Numbered from the stretch's first letter, positions 20,208-28,868 are shown. The stretch is DNA of 39,511 bases from a virus (IMGVR_UViG_3300012952_000039:1-39511), one strand, 5' to 3'. Numbers and translations: made by a program. Notes: generated from the letters alone by a model not told the origin.

Positions 20208-20993
20208 TTATTTCTCCGTTAATTTCCAACCGTAAGAACTTCCGCAAAAAACAAGTTTAAAAGCAGCATCATTTGTATTAACAGTTCCAGTTGTACCTGC
20301 AGTACCCCCAAAAACAATACCGCCAGCTTGTGGGTCAATTGTTAAAGCATTACTTGCAAATGTTCCTCGTAAATCTAAAAAACCTATTGTGTCACCAACA
20401 GCAGAAGATCCGTGAGTTGGTAAAGTTAAAGTAACAGGGTTAGTGTTAGTGTCTACAAGTATGTTTTGGTTTTTATAAACATTGTCCGTAGCAGTAGATA
20501 CTGTTCTCCAGTTAGCACTAGCTCCAGCTTCTAATGGATACCAATCTGTTCCATTTGTTGCTACAAATTTAGTATTACCAGGAGCAATAGTAATTGTATT
20601 ACCAGAACTTCCACCAGTTCCATCTCCTGATCTTAATGTAAGTACACCATCAGAGTCTGCTGCTGCACCATTAACAACATAAGCAATTCTTTCTTTTCCT
20701 GTTACAAACTGTACTGTGTGTGCTGTTGTGTGACCATAAAACCTAAAAGCAGCATTACGGAACTGATTACCACCTGAGATTGTTCCTGTACCTGTTCTTG
20801 CAACAGGACCATCGTCGTTAGATAATATATAAGGGTTAGGTGCTGGTGATGCTAAATTAATTTCTAAAACACCTGAAATCGCTTCATCAATTGTTGTATC
20901 GAAAGTATTATTGGTTGTGTTACCCCAGGAGTTAGCTTGTTCTCCAATTCCTATTTTTTCTATTTTTAATCTACTTGTATAACTCGACGCCAT
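20208..20993 (-). CDS. Tail fibre connector / baseplate-wedge-like protein
   Basis: C-terminal VDTNTNPVTLTLP...GDTIGFLD...NALTI...YGW pattern reminiscent of T4 gp9/gp10-like domains. Confidence 0.6.
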   Translation of the reverse strand: MASSYTSRLKIEKIGIGEQANSWGNTTNNTFDTTIDEAISGVLEINLASPAPNPYILSNDDGPVARTGTGTISGGNQFRNAAFRFYGHTTAHTVQFVTGKERIAYVVNGAAADSDGVLTLRSGDGTGGSSGNTITIAPGNTKFVATNGTDWYPLEAGASANWRTVSTATDNVYKNQNILVDTNTNPVTLTLPTHGSSAVGDTIGFLDLRGTFASNALTIDPQAGGIVFGGTAGTTGTVNTNDAAFKLVFCGSSYGWKLTEK

Positions 20994-21001
20994 ATTGCCT
21001 C

Positions 21002-21877
21002 CTAATTAGTACTGCTATCTACAGGTGTCCATGTATTACCACCTGTAGTTGTGGAATCTACTGGAGTCCAAGTTGAACTATCAGATGGTGTTATTGGAGT
21101 CCAAGTTGAGCTGTTGGAATCATTCACATCTGTCCACGTGCTTCCTCCTGTAGTTGTATCATCTACGTCGGTCCATGTAAAGATAAACGATTGTCCTGCT
21201 TCAGCTGTTATAGACACACCTGTTAAGATAGTACTTAGAGCACCACCCACTTGCCCAATATTACCTGTAATCGGTAAACCTGCAGGTACTGCAGATAGAT
21301 TTATGGTAACAGAGTCATTAGCAGCTGTTATTTCTACGCCTGTAGTTGGAGCAGTTTGATCAGCGCTTATACCAACACTACCTACATTTCCTGTCATTTC
21401 TACACCTGTTGGGTAAACAATAAAGAATACTTCAGCTACAACTGCTCCTAAATGACCAGTAATCTCATTACCTGTTGCATCTATGATGTTATTTGTTTCC
21501 AAAGCAATAGTGCCAACATTGCTAGTTATAGGTAAACCTGTAGTTACAAGTGAAAGAGAATATGTTGCTGATGGAGCAGGGGATGTAATTTCTAGTCCTG
21601 TTGGACTAACGGTTGCTCCGGCACTAATTGTTACAGTGCCTACATTACCTGTCATTGTACTTTGACTTGCAACGTGAGTTAAAACAATTGGTAACTGTGA
21701 TGGCTCTGCCATAACCAATTGTTCTTGCATGTCGACATGGTGAATGTGTTGTAGAACAGCATCACCTAAATGCCCTTGTATCTCTAATCCTGTTGCATAA
21801 ATAATTGGACTAACGGGTATGTTTCCTACACCACCGAAAGAAGAATTAACACCAGCAAAGGCATGACCTCCAAACAT
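21002..21877 (-). CDS. Repeat-rich tail protein
   Basis: Recurring (P/A)TG(L/V)EIT(G/S)x(V/L)G repeats; five C-terminal TWTxV/I repeats. Confidence 0.7.
   Translation of the reverse strand: MFGGHAFAGVNSSFGGVGNIPVSPIIYATGLEIQGHLGDAVLQHIHHVDMQEQLVMAEPSQLPIVLTHVASQSTMTGNVGTVTISAGATVSPTGLEITSPAPSATYSLSLVTTGLPITSNVGTIALETNNIIDATGNEITGHLGAVVAEVFFIVYPTGVEMTGNVGSVGISADQTAPTTGVEITAANDSVTINLSAVPAGLPITGNIGQVGGALSTILTGVSITAEAGQSFIFTWTDVDDTTTGGSTWTDVNDSNSSTWTPITPSDSSTWTPVDSTTTGGNTWTPVDSSTN
21005..21180 (-). repeat. Five 10-13-aa TWT(D/P)(V/I) tandem peptide repeats
   Basis: TWTDVDDTTTGGS/TWTDVNDSNSS/TWTPITPSDSS/TWTPVDSTTTGGN/TWTPVDSSTN. The DNA 15-mer TGGAGTCCAAGTTGA occurs at 21062 and 21095. Confidence 0.85.
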
Positions 21878-23061
21878 TAAGACTCCTTACATTTACAATC
21901 ACACTTGCTTCTGTCTACGTATTCTTTCAATTCTTTTACCGCCTGAATTAATAAACCAACTGTGTTTCCATATTTCATTGTACGTATGTCATCCAAATGT
22001 TCAAAAGGCTTTTCTGATGTTTTTGCTATTGAAACTAATTCAGGTACAACTTTTTCTACCTCTTGTGCAATAACACCTATGTTCTCTTCATCATCTTGTT
22101 TATGTGTGTAATACACTCCCCTAAGCTTACAAACTTTATCTAATGCATTGTCAATTGTACTAATATTATATTTTATTCTCTCATCACTATAAGCTGTGAC
22201 GTTGCCCGTCGCCGTAAAAGAGCCCGAGTATGTACCAGACATTGTTATAGTGCCATTACCCGTATTTAAACCAATACCATTTCCCGCCGATACAGTTGTT
22301 GCTCCGCCACTTGTAACTTGAGTAAGTGTTCCTGTGTTTGTTGTATACCCCGCTCCATTAGTTAATTGGTTGTTGTTTGTTGGAACAGTTGGTGTGCCAG
22401 ATAAATCTGAATAAGCACCACTTGTAGCTACAGTTGCAAGACTAGGAGTTCCTGAAACGTTTGCGTATGCAACCTGTGCGAAAGCTCCGTTATGAGCGAG
22501 GAAGTGACCAGAAGTTCCTGCAGCAGGAACAAGACCTGAGTTACCTTTTGGTTGTCCTGCGTCGAATACAATATCACCTGTCATTGTACCACCAGCTTTA
22601 GGTAAGGCAGCGTTAGCCGTTGTGTTTGCGTTTGTTGCAGTCGTAGTTGTAGAAGTTAAGACAGCATCTCTTGCTGCAATATCAACTCCGTCAACCGTAC
22701 CACCAACCGTTATATTATTACCAACATCTACATTATTACTTACATCTTCAAAAACAGCTTTTGATGCAGGTTGTGTACAAAATATGTATTTCGTACCTGA
22801 TGTAAAATTAACGTGGTTGTCTGAATTAGAACTAGTAAGAACATTGGTTCTGGTTATGTTAGCCGCTGTTGCGTCTAAAGTTCCATGACCTACTTCCCAT
22901 TCGTTTGCTGCTAAATGATAGATTGCGTAATACGTTTCATTATTACCGCCTATGCCTTGTGCAAAAGTTTCAAAACCATCAATAGCACTACCAAGAGATA
23001 AGTTACCTGTGCCTGTGTCTGAGCTAGATACTTTAACTCTATCATTAAGAACGAAAGCCAT
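21877..23061 (-). CDS. Tail fibre with C-terminal peptidase S74 chaperone
   Basis: N-terminal virion-anchor-like MAFVLNDRVK...WEVGHG; TAYSDERIKYNI; IGVIAQEVEKVVPELV. Confidence 0.88.
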   Translation of the reverse strand: MAFVLNDRVKVSSSDTGTGNLSLGSAIDGFETFAQGIGGNNETYYAIYHLAANEWEVGHGTLDATAANITRTNVLTSSNSDNHVNFTSGTKYIFCTQPASKAVFEDVSNNVDVGNNITVGGTVDGVDIAARDAVLTSTTTTATNANTTANAALPKAGGTMTGDIVFDAGQPKGNSGLVPAAGTSGHFLAHNGAFAQVAYANVSGTPSLATVATSGAYSDLSGTPTVPTNNNQLTNGAGYTTNTGTLTQVTSGGATTVSAGNGIGLNTGNGTITMSGTYSGSFTATGNVTAYSDERIKYNISTIDNALDKVCKLRGVYYTHKQDDEENIGVIAQEVEKVVPELVSIAKTSEKPFEHLDDIRTMKYGNTVGLLIQAVKELKEYVDRSKCDCKCKES

Positions 23062-23069
23062 AAGACCCC

Positions 23070-23513
23070 CTATGAACTAGTTAATCGTATAATCTCTGAT
23101 CCGCCACCTGCTGTTGGAAACTGAACTGTAAATGTTCCGTTTGCAGATGTAAATGTACCACCAAAACTTAAAGTACAAACAGCGTTGTTAGTTAAAGTTC
23201 CCAAAGTATTATAGATTAATGCTCCTGCTGCTGAAAAACTAGAGTTGGTCCACTCTGCATTATTAAAATCCACATAAGCTGTTGCACTAGTAGCACCACC
23301 ATTTACAGCATTTCCAGTAAGTGTGTTTCCTCCAGTTGTATATCCACTGCCGTTTGCTACTTGGTTTGTTGTAGCCGCGTAGTTTGCAGTAGTTGCATTT
23401 AAAGTAGCTGTAGCTGTGTATAATGCAATTTTATACGTGCCTGTTGCAAAATTGTGTGACCCCTTAAACAGTTCCTCTTTAAAAACATTTGCTATTTTAT
23501 TTTGAATCGTCAT
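23070..23513 (-). CDS. Virion structural protein (tail)
   Basis: YKIALYT...GYTTGG...ALIYN...FTVQFP pattern seen in phage tail proteins. Confidence 0.7.
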   Translation of the reverse strand: MTIQNKIANVFKEELFKGSHNFATGTYKIALYTATATLNATTANYAATTNQVANGSGYTTGGNTLTGNAVNGGATSATAYVDFNNAEWTNSSFSAAGALIYNTLGTLTNNAVCTLSFGGTFTSANGTFTVQFPTAGGGSEIIRLTSS

Positions 23514-23524
23514 TTATTTTCTCC

Positions 23525-24229
23525 TTAAGGATTATTAGATGGTAGAGCAACACGCAAACCACCATCCCTATATTCGTCTCTTTTTCTTTTGCCAAGTTGT
23601 TCTTGGGCAAGTGATTGGAGAGCTTCTTGAAAAGATTGCTCATACACTTGTAATTGTTCAGGAGACTTTAAAAATTTATAAGCCTCACATAAGCACGCGT
23701 ATAGAAGCACACGTGGAGCATTTAAGCTTACCCAGTTACCTGCTCCTGCTGAATTGCTAGGGTTGTCTGTACTGGTTTTTACACCAGTCGGTAACTTAGT
23801 AATAGCTAACTCTACTTTATAAGCCGTATTAGGGGTTGGAGCAATGATTATTTTGTTTGGCTCCCAATATCCATAATACTTAGGCATTATACTAGACCCT
23901 GTAGTTCTAGTAGGATAATACTCGGCTATAAAGCTTAAATCTTTTCTTTCCAAATTATATCTAGTTCTGTCTCCAGAATCTACATAGATGGTAGCCCACC
24001 TAATAGTAGCTGTAGTCCCGATCCCCGATCCAGGAAGCGAAACAAATGGATTACCTGCTTGAGTGTTATTTGATAGCTCGTATCCTTTATAAGCATCTAA
24101 TTCTATGCTTCTAAATATTCTGTCTTCAGAATGTTCTATTATGTCATCTATAATAGTAGTCGTTAAAACATTGCTATCTGTTTCTGTGTAGTCTCTAATC
24201 TGTGTTACTAATTCTGCGTATGTTGTCAT
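23525..24229 (-). CDS. Head-tail adaptor protein
   Basis: TYAELVTQIRDY...PKYY...IAPTPN...LLYACLCEA pattern of podovirus adaptor proteins. Confidence 0.75.
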   Translation of the reverse strand: MTTYAELVTQIRDYTETDSNVLTTTIIDDIIEHSEDRIFRSIELDAYKGYELSNNTQAGNPFVSLPGSGIGTTATIRWATIYVDSGDRTRYNLERKDLSFIAEYYPTRTTGSSIMPKYYGYWEPNKIIIAPTPNTAYKVELAITKLPTGVKTSTDNPSNSAGAGNWVSLNAPRVLLYACLCEAYKFLKSPEQLQVYEQSFQEALQSLAQEQLGKRKRDEYRDGGLRVALPSNNP

Positions 24230-25203
24230 GCTACTAATGATACAGGACCCGCTGATACAAGTCCACCTCCAGTTTTCTTAGAACCAGGACTTTGCCAGTA
24301 CTTATATCCAGCTCCTCCTGCTCCGGTAAATTGATTAATATATCTCGAGCTATCATCCACTAATACAGATAAAGCATTACCATAAGAGCTTTTATCTCCA
24401 GGAGCGAAAAGAATTTGAGTTGGTTGTGGTGAAACATTAGCAGCTATCCAAGCAGATTTTTGGTTGTTTAATGACACATTACCTGTGTCTGTAGTTAAAA
24501 TTTTATAAGATCCATTGGCAGCTACACCGGCTGCAATAATTGCATCTGCTCCAGGTAGCTTTGTTAAGTTTTGAAAGAAATTTGCATTAGCAGCAATAGT
24601 GGCTGATTGTACAGCAGATGTAAGACCAAACCAATCTGTCATGTTGTTAAGAGAAGCTAGAGTTTGATAATAGCTTGTAAGAACTCCATCCATATCTATA
24701 TATAAAGTTGTAGCACCTGACTCACAGTTTGCATTTAAGAAAGTTGTTAAATCATCGTTTGCTTCATAAGTATAGTTATCATCATCTACTTTTGTAATTG
24801 CATGTCCTGTATTTAAATTAAATCTACTTATAGGTATTTGTCCGATAGTAGGATAACAACTAAAACTTTCATTTACACCTCTAAAACGAACTACATCACT
24901 AGTAGCTCTGTTATGACTTGGCTCAAATACACTGATAGTTGTTGTTCCTGCAGTACCAGAATCAAAAGGATTTATATTTAATAAATTAGCTGTTGCTGGT
25001 TCTGCTCTAGCAGGTCTTGCATGTTGTAATCCTTGTGCATCTCCTTTTTGAATTTTAGGTTCTAACTGTGGGTGTTTTTGTTCAAACTCAGACTCATGAA
25101 CTAATGATCCATTCCATTCTCTACGCATTTCTGTGTAAGGAAAAGCTAAACCACTTCTATCTGATATTGCTTTTGCATATTTACCTGAAGCGAAATTAGA
25201 CAT
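24226..25203 (-). CDS. Morphogenesis protein with embedded HAD-family 5'(3')-deoxyribonucleotidase-like domain
   Basis: N-terminal phage-type segment (AISDRSGLAFPY...EWNG), then HAD motifs LYIDMDGVL, KILT, K, VLVDDS. Confidence 0.7.
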   Translation of the reverse strand: MSNFASGKYAKAISDRSGLAFPYTEMRREWNGSLVHESEFEQKHPQLEPKIQKGDAQGLQHARPARAEPATANLLNINPFDSGTAGTTTISVFEPSHNRATSDVVRFRGVNESFSCYPTIGQIPISRFNLNTGHAITKVDDDNYTYEANDDLTTFLNANCESGATTLYIDMDGVLTSYYQTLASLNNMTDWFGLTSAVQSATIAANANFFQNLTKLPGADAIIAAGVAANGSYKILTTDTGNVSLNNQKSAWIAANVSPQPTQILFAPGDKSSYGNALSVLVDDSSRYINQFTGAGGAGYKYWQSPGSKKTGGGLVSAGPVSLVA

Positions 25204-25942
25204 TTGGATAATACGCCTGTGGAGTTATGTAAGTGCTAGAAGAAGAACCGTCTTCTGTTAATGCTCTGTTAAACTCATCTTCGTAGAGCAGTTTTAAGTT
25301 CTGTACAAGTTCTGGTGAATTTTTTTGTGCTAAATAAAAAGCAAGACCACTAACCATACAAGGAACAAACCTGTAAGGCACGTCAGCATTATTACTGTAT
25401 GCGCCAGCATCCTGTATCCTTTTAACATAGTATAAAGCCACAAAGTTGGATGCAGCTGAGGAGTCTGGAGTTGGGTAGAGCGTAACGACTGTTTTTTCTG
25501 GAAATCTTTGAACATAATATTGTGTCGGTGTTGATTTAGTTAATTTATTAGACAAACCAGAATATGTGGATCTATTTATTTTAGTAAGAGCCGAATCATT
25601 CTGAGTTGTCGTTCCCCTGTTAGTTCTATAAGTAGCTTCTAAAACGTCGTCAACGCCATTTATGCCATTGACAGGAGCTGTAGTTGCACTTGTTCCATCA
25701 GTAGCTGATCTATAGAAAATATACTCTGCTTGGCCTTCTACTAAATCTAAATTAGTAGTGCCTATTTCCCAATAGTGTAGACCTCTATTGGCCCATTCTT
25801 GAAACATAATGTCTAAAGAACGACGAGCAGATTTCATCTGATATCCGCCTACGACATCTAAACCGATTCTTTCGTAAGCTTCTTGAATAATCTCGTCGAT
25901 AAAGAACGTACTCTCAAAAGTAGTTGTTCCTGATGTTGCCAT
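25196..25942 (-). CDS. Tail tubular protein A / adaptor (T7 gp11 / P22 gp4-like)
   Basis: EIIQEAYERIG...WANRG...LYPTPD...CMVSGLAFYLA; lies after the capsid genes. Confidence 0.72.
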   Translation of the reverse strand: MATSGTTTFESTFFIDEIIQEAYERIGLDVVGGYQMKSARRSLDIMFQEWANRGLHYWEIGTTNLDLVEGQAEYIFYRSATDGTSATTAPVNGINGVDDVLEATYRTNRGTTTQNDSALTKINRSTYSGLSNKLTKSTPTQYYVQRFPEKTVVTLYPTPDSSAASNFVALYYVKRIQDAGAYSNNADVPYRFVPCMVSGLAFYLAQKNSPELVQNLKLLYEDEFNRALTEDGSSSSTYITPQAYYPNV

Positions 25943-25950
25943 CTAACCTC

Positions 25951-26232
25951 CTAGTTGAATGTTACTGTAACGCCACTAGTAGTTGTTAAATCTAAATAGA
26001 CACCAGTTTTAAATCTTATTCCACTTCCAGGTATATAGACTTGTAGTCCTTCGTCATCAAATTTAAACTCATGAACTGTACCTGCTGCGGAAGTATTGTC
26101 ATAAAGTTTAACAACACAGTTTGTACCGCCCTGTGCTTGAATAGATGTAACTCTACAAGGGCCTGTCACTAATTGTCCGTCAGCTGCTAGATGAGCTGTT
26201 CTCTGGTCAGATGTAAATGATCCACCGCCCAT
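25951..26232 (-). CDS. Small beta-rich virion protein (93 aa)
   Basis: Strong AGGAGG SD; IPGSGIRFKTGVY beta-sandwich-like pattern. Confidence 0.65.
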   Translation of the reverse strand: MGGGSFTSDQRTAHLAADGQLVTGPCRVTSIQAQGGTNCVVKLYDNTSAAGTVHEFKFDDEGLQVYIPGSGIRFKTGVYLDLTTTSGVTVTFN

Positions 26233-26251
26233 AATATATTCCTCCTAAATT

Positions 26252-26271
26252 TGTGGGGCCGAAGCCCCACA
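26252..26271 (-). terminator. cUUCGg hairpin (weak terminator or stability element)
   Basis: UGUGGGGC-UUCG-GCCCCACA right after the 140-aa stop codon; only AAUUU follows. Confidence 0.6.
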
Positions 26272-26279
26272 TTAATTAA

Positions 26280-26702
26280 TTACGCTGCGTCGTTAGCTTG
26301 AATGTATTCAATTACAATCTTGCCTGAGCCAGCAGTTGCGTTTCCAGTCGTAGCTTTTGCGAAAATAGAAATATCAGCATCTCCAATGTCGTCCCAAGTT
26401 CCTAGTACTGGTGCAAATACTTTGGCTGTATCAGCTGCTGCTACTGTTGTTGAAGCAGACAATTGGTTCGCCGTAGCGTCTGTTCCTATGCTGACTGCAC
26501 CCGTTGTTGAGTTAGCCCATAAAGCATCAACAAAATATTGAATACCAATGATTGTGCTTTTTGCTGGAATTTTAATTCCAGTGTCTACACCACCAGTTGA
26601 GTTGTATGCAACAGCTGTTGAGCCTACTTGTGCCATAGTAACGAAACCAACGTTATCGCCGGAACCGGCTTTAATTGGTCCTGAAAAAGTAGTTGTACCC
26701 AT
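26280..26702 (-). CDS. Capsid decoration/spike-like protein (140 aa)
   Basis: MGTTTFSGPIK start, Ala/Thr/Gly-rich beta protein, directly after the major capsid gene; AGGAGG SD. Confidence 0.65.
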   Translation of the reverse strand: MGTTTFSGPIKAGSGDNVGFVTMAQVGSTAVAYNSTGGVDTGIKIPAKSTIIGIQYFVDALWANSTTGAVSIGTDATANQLSASTTVAAADTAKVFAPVLGTWDDIGDADISIFAKATTGNATAGSGKIVIEYIQANDAA

Positions 26703-26709
26703 TTGTTTT

Positions 26710-26761
26710 CCTCCTAGTTTAAAATAGCGTAGTCTCTAGGCCGTCTGGTCATGTCTACGCT
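26710..26761 (-). ncRNA. Candidate cis-regulatory H-type pseudoknot in 5' UTR overlapping the SD
   Basis: P1 is AGCGUAG/CUACGCU; loop CCUAG is complementary to CUAGG of CUAGGAGG. Confidence 0.5.
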
Positions 26762-26768
26762 TATTTCG

Positions 26769-26797
26769 AATATACGCTTTTAATGTAGTGATTGCAA
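26769..26797 (-). promoter_or_regulatory. Sigma70-like promoter
   Basis: TTGCAA-17 nt-TATATT; the -35 abuts the U-tract of the capsid terminator. Confidence 0.6.
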
Positions 26798-26824
26798 ATA
26801 AAAAGGGGCGCCGAAGCGCCCCTT
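26796..26824 (-). terminator. Rho-independent terminator after major capsid gene
   Basis: AAGGGGCGC-UUCG-GCGCCCCUU followed by UUUAUUU. Confidence 0.9.
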
Positions 26825-26847
26825 AATAAGTTGTTTGATCTTAACGA

Positions 26848-27774
26848 TTAAACACCTGGTGATCCGAAGATACCTCTAGGGTCAGACCAACCGAAGCTGT
26901 ATCTTTCTCTAGCTTTGTATCTCATGTTGCCAGTTTCAAAATCGCCTTCCATGGCAGTTTTGATTGGAACACGAACCATGTGTTTCATACCATTAGGAAC
27001 ATCAGTCTTGATAAAGAATGCATCTGTATCAGTTAGGAAGTTGTTTACCACGTATCCTTGTGGAATCATTCCTTTTGATTTTAGAGCATTGATATCGTTG
27101 TCTGCAGTGCCAACTCTGTTTGCTGATTTCATAATTCTTTCAGCAGTGAATTGTAGAGCTGAAGGGATGATAAGTTTCATTCCGTTAGCAGCGATTTTTA
27201 AACCGCGCTCATCAGTCATTGCACCAATATCAATTAAGCATTGCTCAAGTGATGTTTCACTAAGATCAGCTGATACTAGTAGCTCGTTAACGAACTTACC
27301 TGCGATAGTCGGGTGACCACCAGATCTGCCAGCAGTTTGTCCAGAACATAAAGTTGCTCCGTCGCCACCAGTGTAAGTGCCGTTAAACGCTCTGTCTAAT
27401 ACTAGAGCTGCTTTGGTTTGCTTAGTTTGAGCCATAGATCTTGCTAGTGCCTTAGTATAACGAGTAGAAATCTTGTCATACAAGTTATCTTCAACATTCT
27501 CTTCAGTTAGAGAGAATGCGAGAGCAATTGTCTCGTGTTGATATCTTGCTGTGAAAGTTTCTTGCGCGTTATCATAAGATACTGCAGCACCTTCTGACTT
27601 CACACCAGCTTTGTCAAAGCCAGATAACATTACTTCTTCTTCAAAAGCTCTGTCACTGTTCTCTGTGTCAAAGATCTCAGCGTGTTGGTTTTCGTAGTTT
27701 TTGTACTCTAGTCCAAATAATGCATTTAGACCAGGCTCAAGCTCTTTAGCGAGCTGTTGTCTTGATATAGCCAT
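26848..27774 (-). CDS. Major capsid protein
   Basis: 308 aa; MAISRQQLAKELEPGLNALFG...YKARERYSFGWSDPRGIFGS; follows scaffold and decoration genes and is followed by a terminator. Confidence 0.88.
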   Translation of the reverse strand: MAISRQQLAKELEPGLNALFGLEYKNYENQHAEIFDTENSDRAFEEEVMLSGFDKAGVKSEGAAVSYDNAQETFTARYQHETIALAFSLTEENVEDNLYDKISTRYTKALARSMAQTKQTKAALVLDRAFNGTYTGGDGATLCSGQTAGRSGGHPTIAGKFVNELLVSADLSETSLEQCLIDIGAMTDERGLKIAANGMKLIIPSALQFTAERIMKSANRVGTADNDINALKSKGMIPQGYVVNNFLTDTDAFFIKTDVPNGMKHMVRVPIKTAMEGDFETGNMRYKARERYSFGWSDPRGIFGSPGV

Positions 27775-27792
27775 ATTATTGTCCTCCTGCTA

Positions 27793-28353
27793 TTATTTGT
27801 ACTTGTGTTCATTGATCAGAACTTCATAAACTAAGTTAGCTGAGCCTACATCGTTACGACCTTCTTTTTTAGAAAGGCCTACAACTTTACAGTTGAACTT
27901 GTTTGCTCCGCCAAAGTTAGCTGAATCAATTTCTGTCTTTGAAACACCAGTTGTTGTTGAACCGGCAGTATGCGCGATATCGCCTAGCTTACTTATATCC
28001 GTTGCTGCAGAAGCTGCATCACCTTGTATCTCAAATACTTGGTAAGGATCATCGTAAACAAAACAAGTCGTCGCTAAACTAGCGGCTTTTTGGTTACTAA
28101 ATGTTGGTTTCCCGTTTGAATCGTCATAAGAAACACCCCAGAATACACCAATAGCGTTAGTTGCTGCTGTACCACCGTCGCCTGCTGCGAACAGTTGTAC
28201 ATCGCCTTCTGCTTCGTCGATCTTTACGATATCGCCTTGAAACAGGGCTGTAGCATAGTTAGCTAACGTGCTATAGCTATTCATTGCGGATGATGTTCCT
28301 CCGCCGATTTTTCCAACCGGACTGAAACCAAATGGGGCATCTAAATTTGCCAT
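27793..28353 (-). CDS. Capsid cement/decoration protein
   Basis: MANLDAPFGFSP...IGVFWG...VYDDP...VLINEH; directly upstream of the capsid gene; AAGGAGG SD. Confidence 0.65.
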   Translation of the reverse strand: MANLDAPFGFSPVGKIGGGTSSAMNSYSTLANYATALFQGDIVKIDEAEGDVQLFAAGDGGTAATNAIGVFWGVSYDDSNGKPTFSNQKAASLATTCFVYDDPYQVFEIQGDAASAATDISKLGDIAHTAGSTTTGVSKTEIDSANFGGANKFNCKVVGLSKKEGRNDVGSANLVYEVLINEHKYK

Positions 28354-28406
28354 ATTGTTTTTTCCTCCTTAAAGGTTTGTTGGTTAAATCGATGGTTAAA
28401 TAAAGA

Positions 28407-28868
28407 CTAGTCTTTACCTGAGCCACCAAAAGTTACACGGGTCTGACGCTCTTGATTGATCGCCACACCTGCTTGCTGTTCCTTCAAGACATCGTTTTCG
28501 AGTGCCTCGTTTTTACCTTCAGACATTGTCCTAAAGTAATCTTCACGAGACTTTGCGAGCTCTTCGGTTATCCTTGCCAGCACAAGGCCACCAACTCCAA
28601 TCACTCCTGCGTATTTACCGTCATTAATGGTTGGAAAATCAAAATCAGGATATTCATCTGCTCTTACGAGCTCCCATCCTGATCTAATTTTGCCAGATAT
28701 GTTCTTTGTATCATCAAAGCCCATACTCTCGACGCGCAACCATCTATGTCTATAACCGTCTGGCGCAGGCGGTGCATCTAATGCTGATGGGGGAGTCCAA
28801 ACTTTAGGTTTCTCTTCTTTAACTCTAGTCTGACTCGCGCGAGAGGTTTTTTCTACTTTATTTGTCAT
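28407..28868 (-). CDS. Head-module protein of unknown function (153 aa)
   Basis: WTPPSALDAP...RHRWLR...GWELV...GGLVLARI; lies between scaffold and decoration genes. Confidence 0.7.
   Translation of the reverse strand: MTNKVEKTSRASQTRVKEEKPKVWTPPSALDAPPAPDGYRHRWLRVESMGFDDTKNISGKIRSGWELVRADEYPDFDFPTINDGKYAGVIGVGGLVLARITEELAKSREDYFRTMSEGKNEALENDVLKEQQAGVAINQERQTRVTFGGSGKD

Noticed and set aside
15126-23061. Diversity-generating retroelement or invertible tail-fibre switch
   Set aside because: No reverse transcriptase or invertase, no adenine-specific TR/VR pair noticed, and all fibre genes share one orientation.
26710-26761. Assignment to a known riboswitch class (SAM-II, SAM-V, preQ1-I)
   Set aside because: The architecture is similar but I could not match the ligand-binding consensus, and the downstream gene is structural. 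Kept only as an unclassified candidate.
26848-26870. Programmed frameshift or readthrough extending the major capsid protein
   Set aside because: No clear slippery heptamer before the TAA, and a strong terminator follows.
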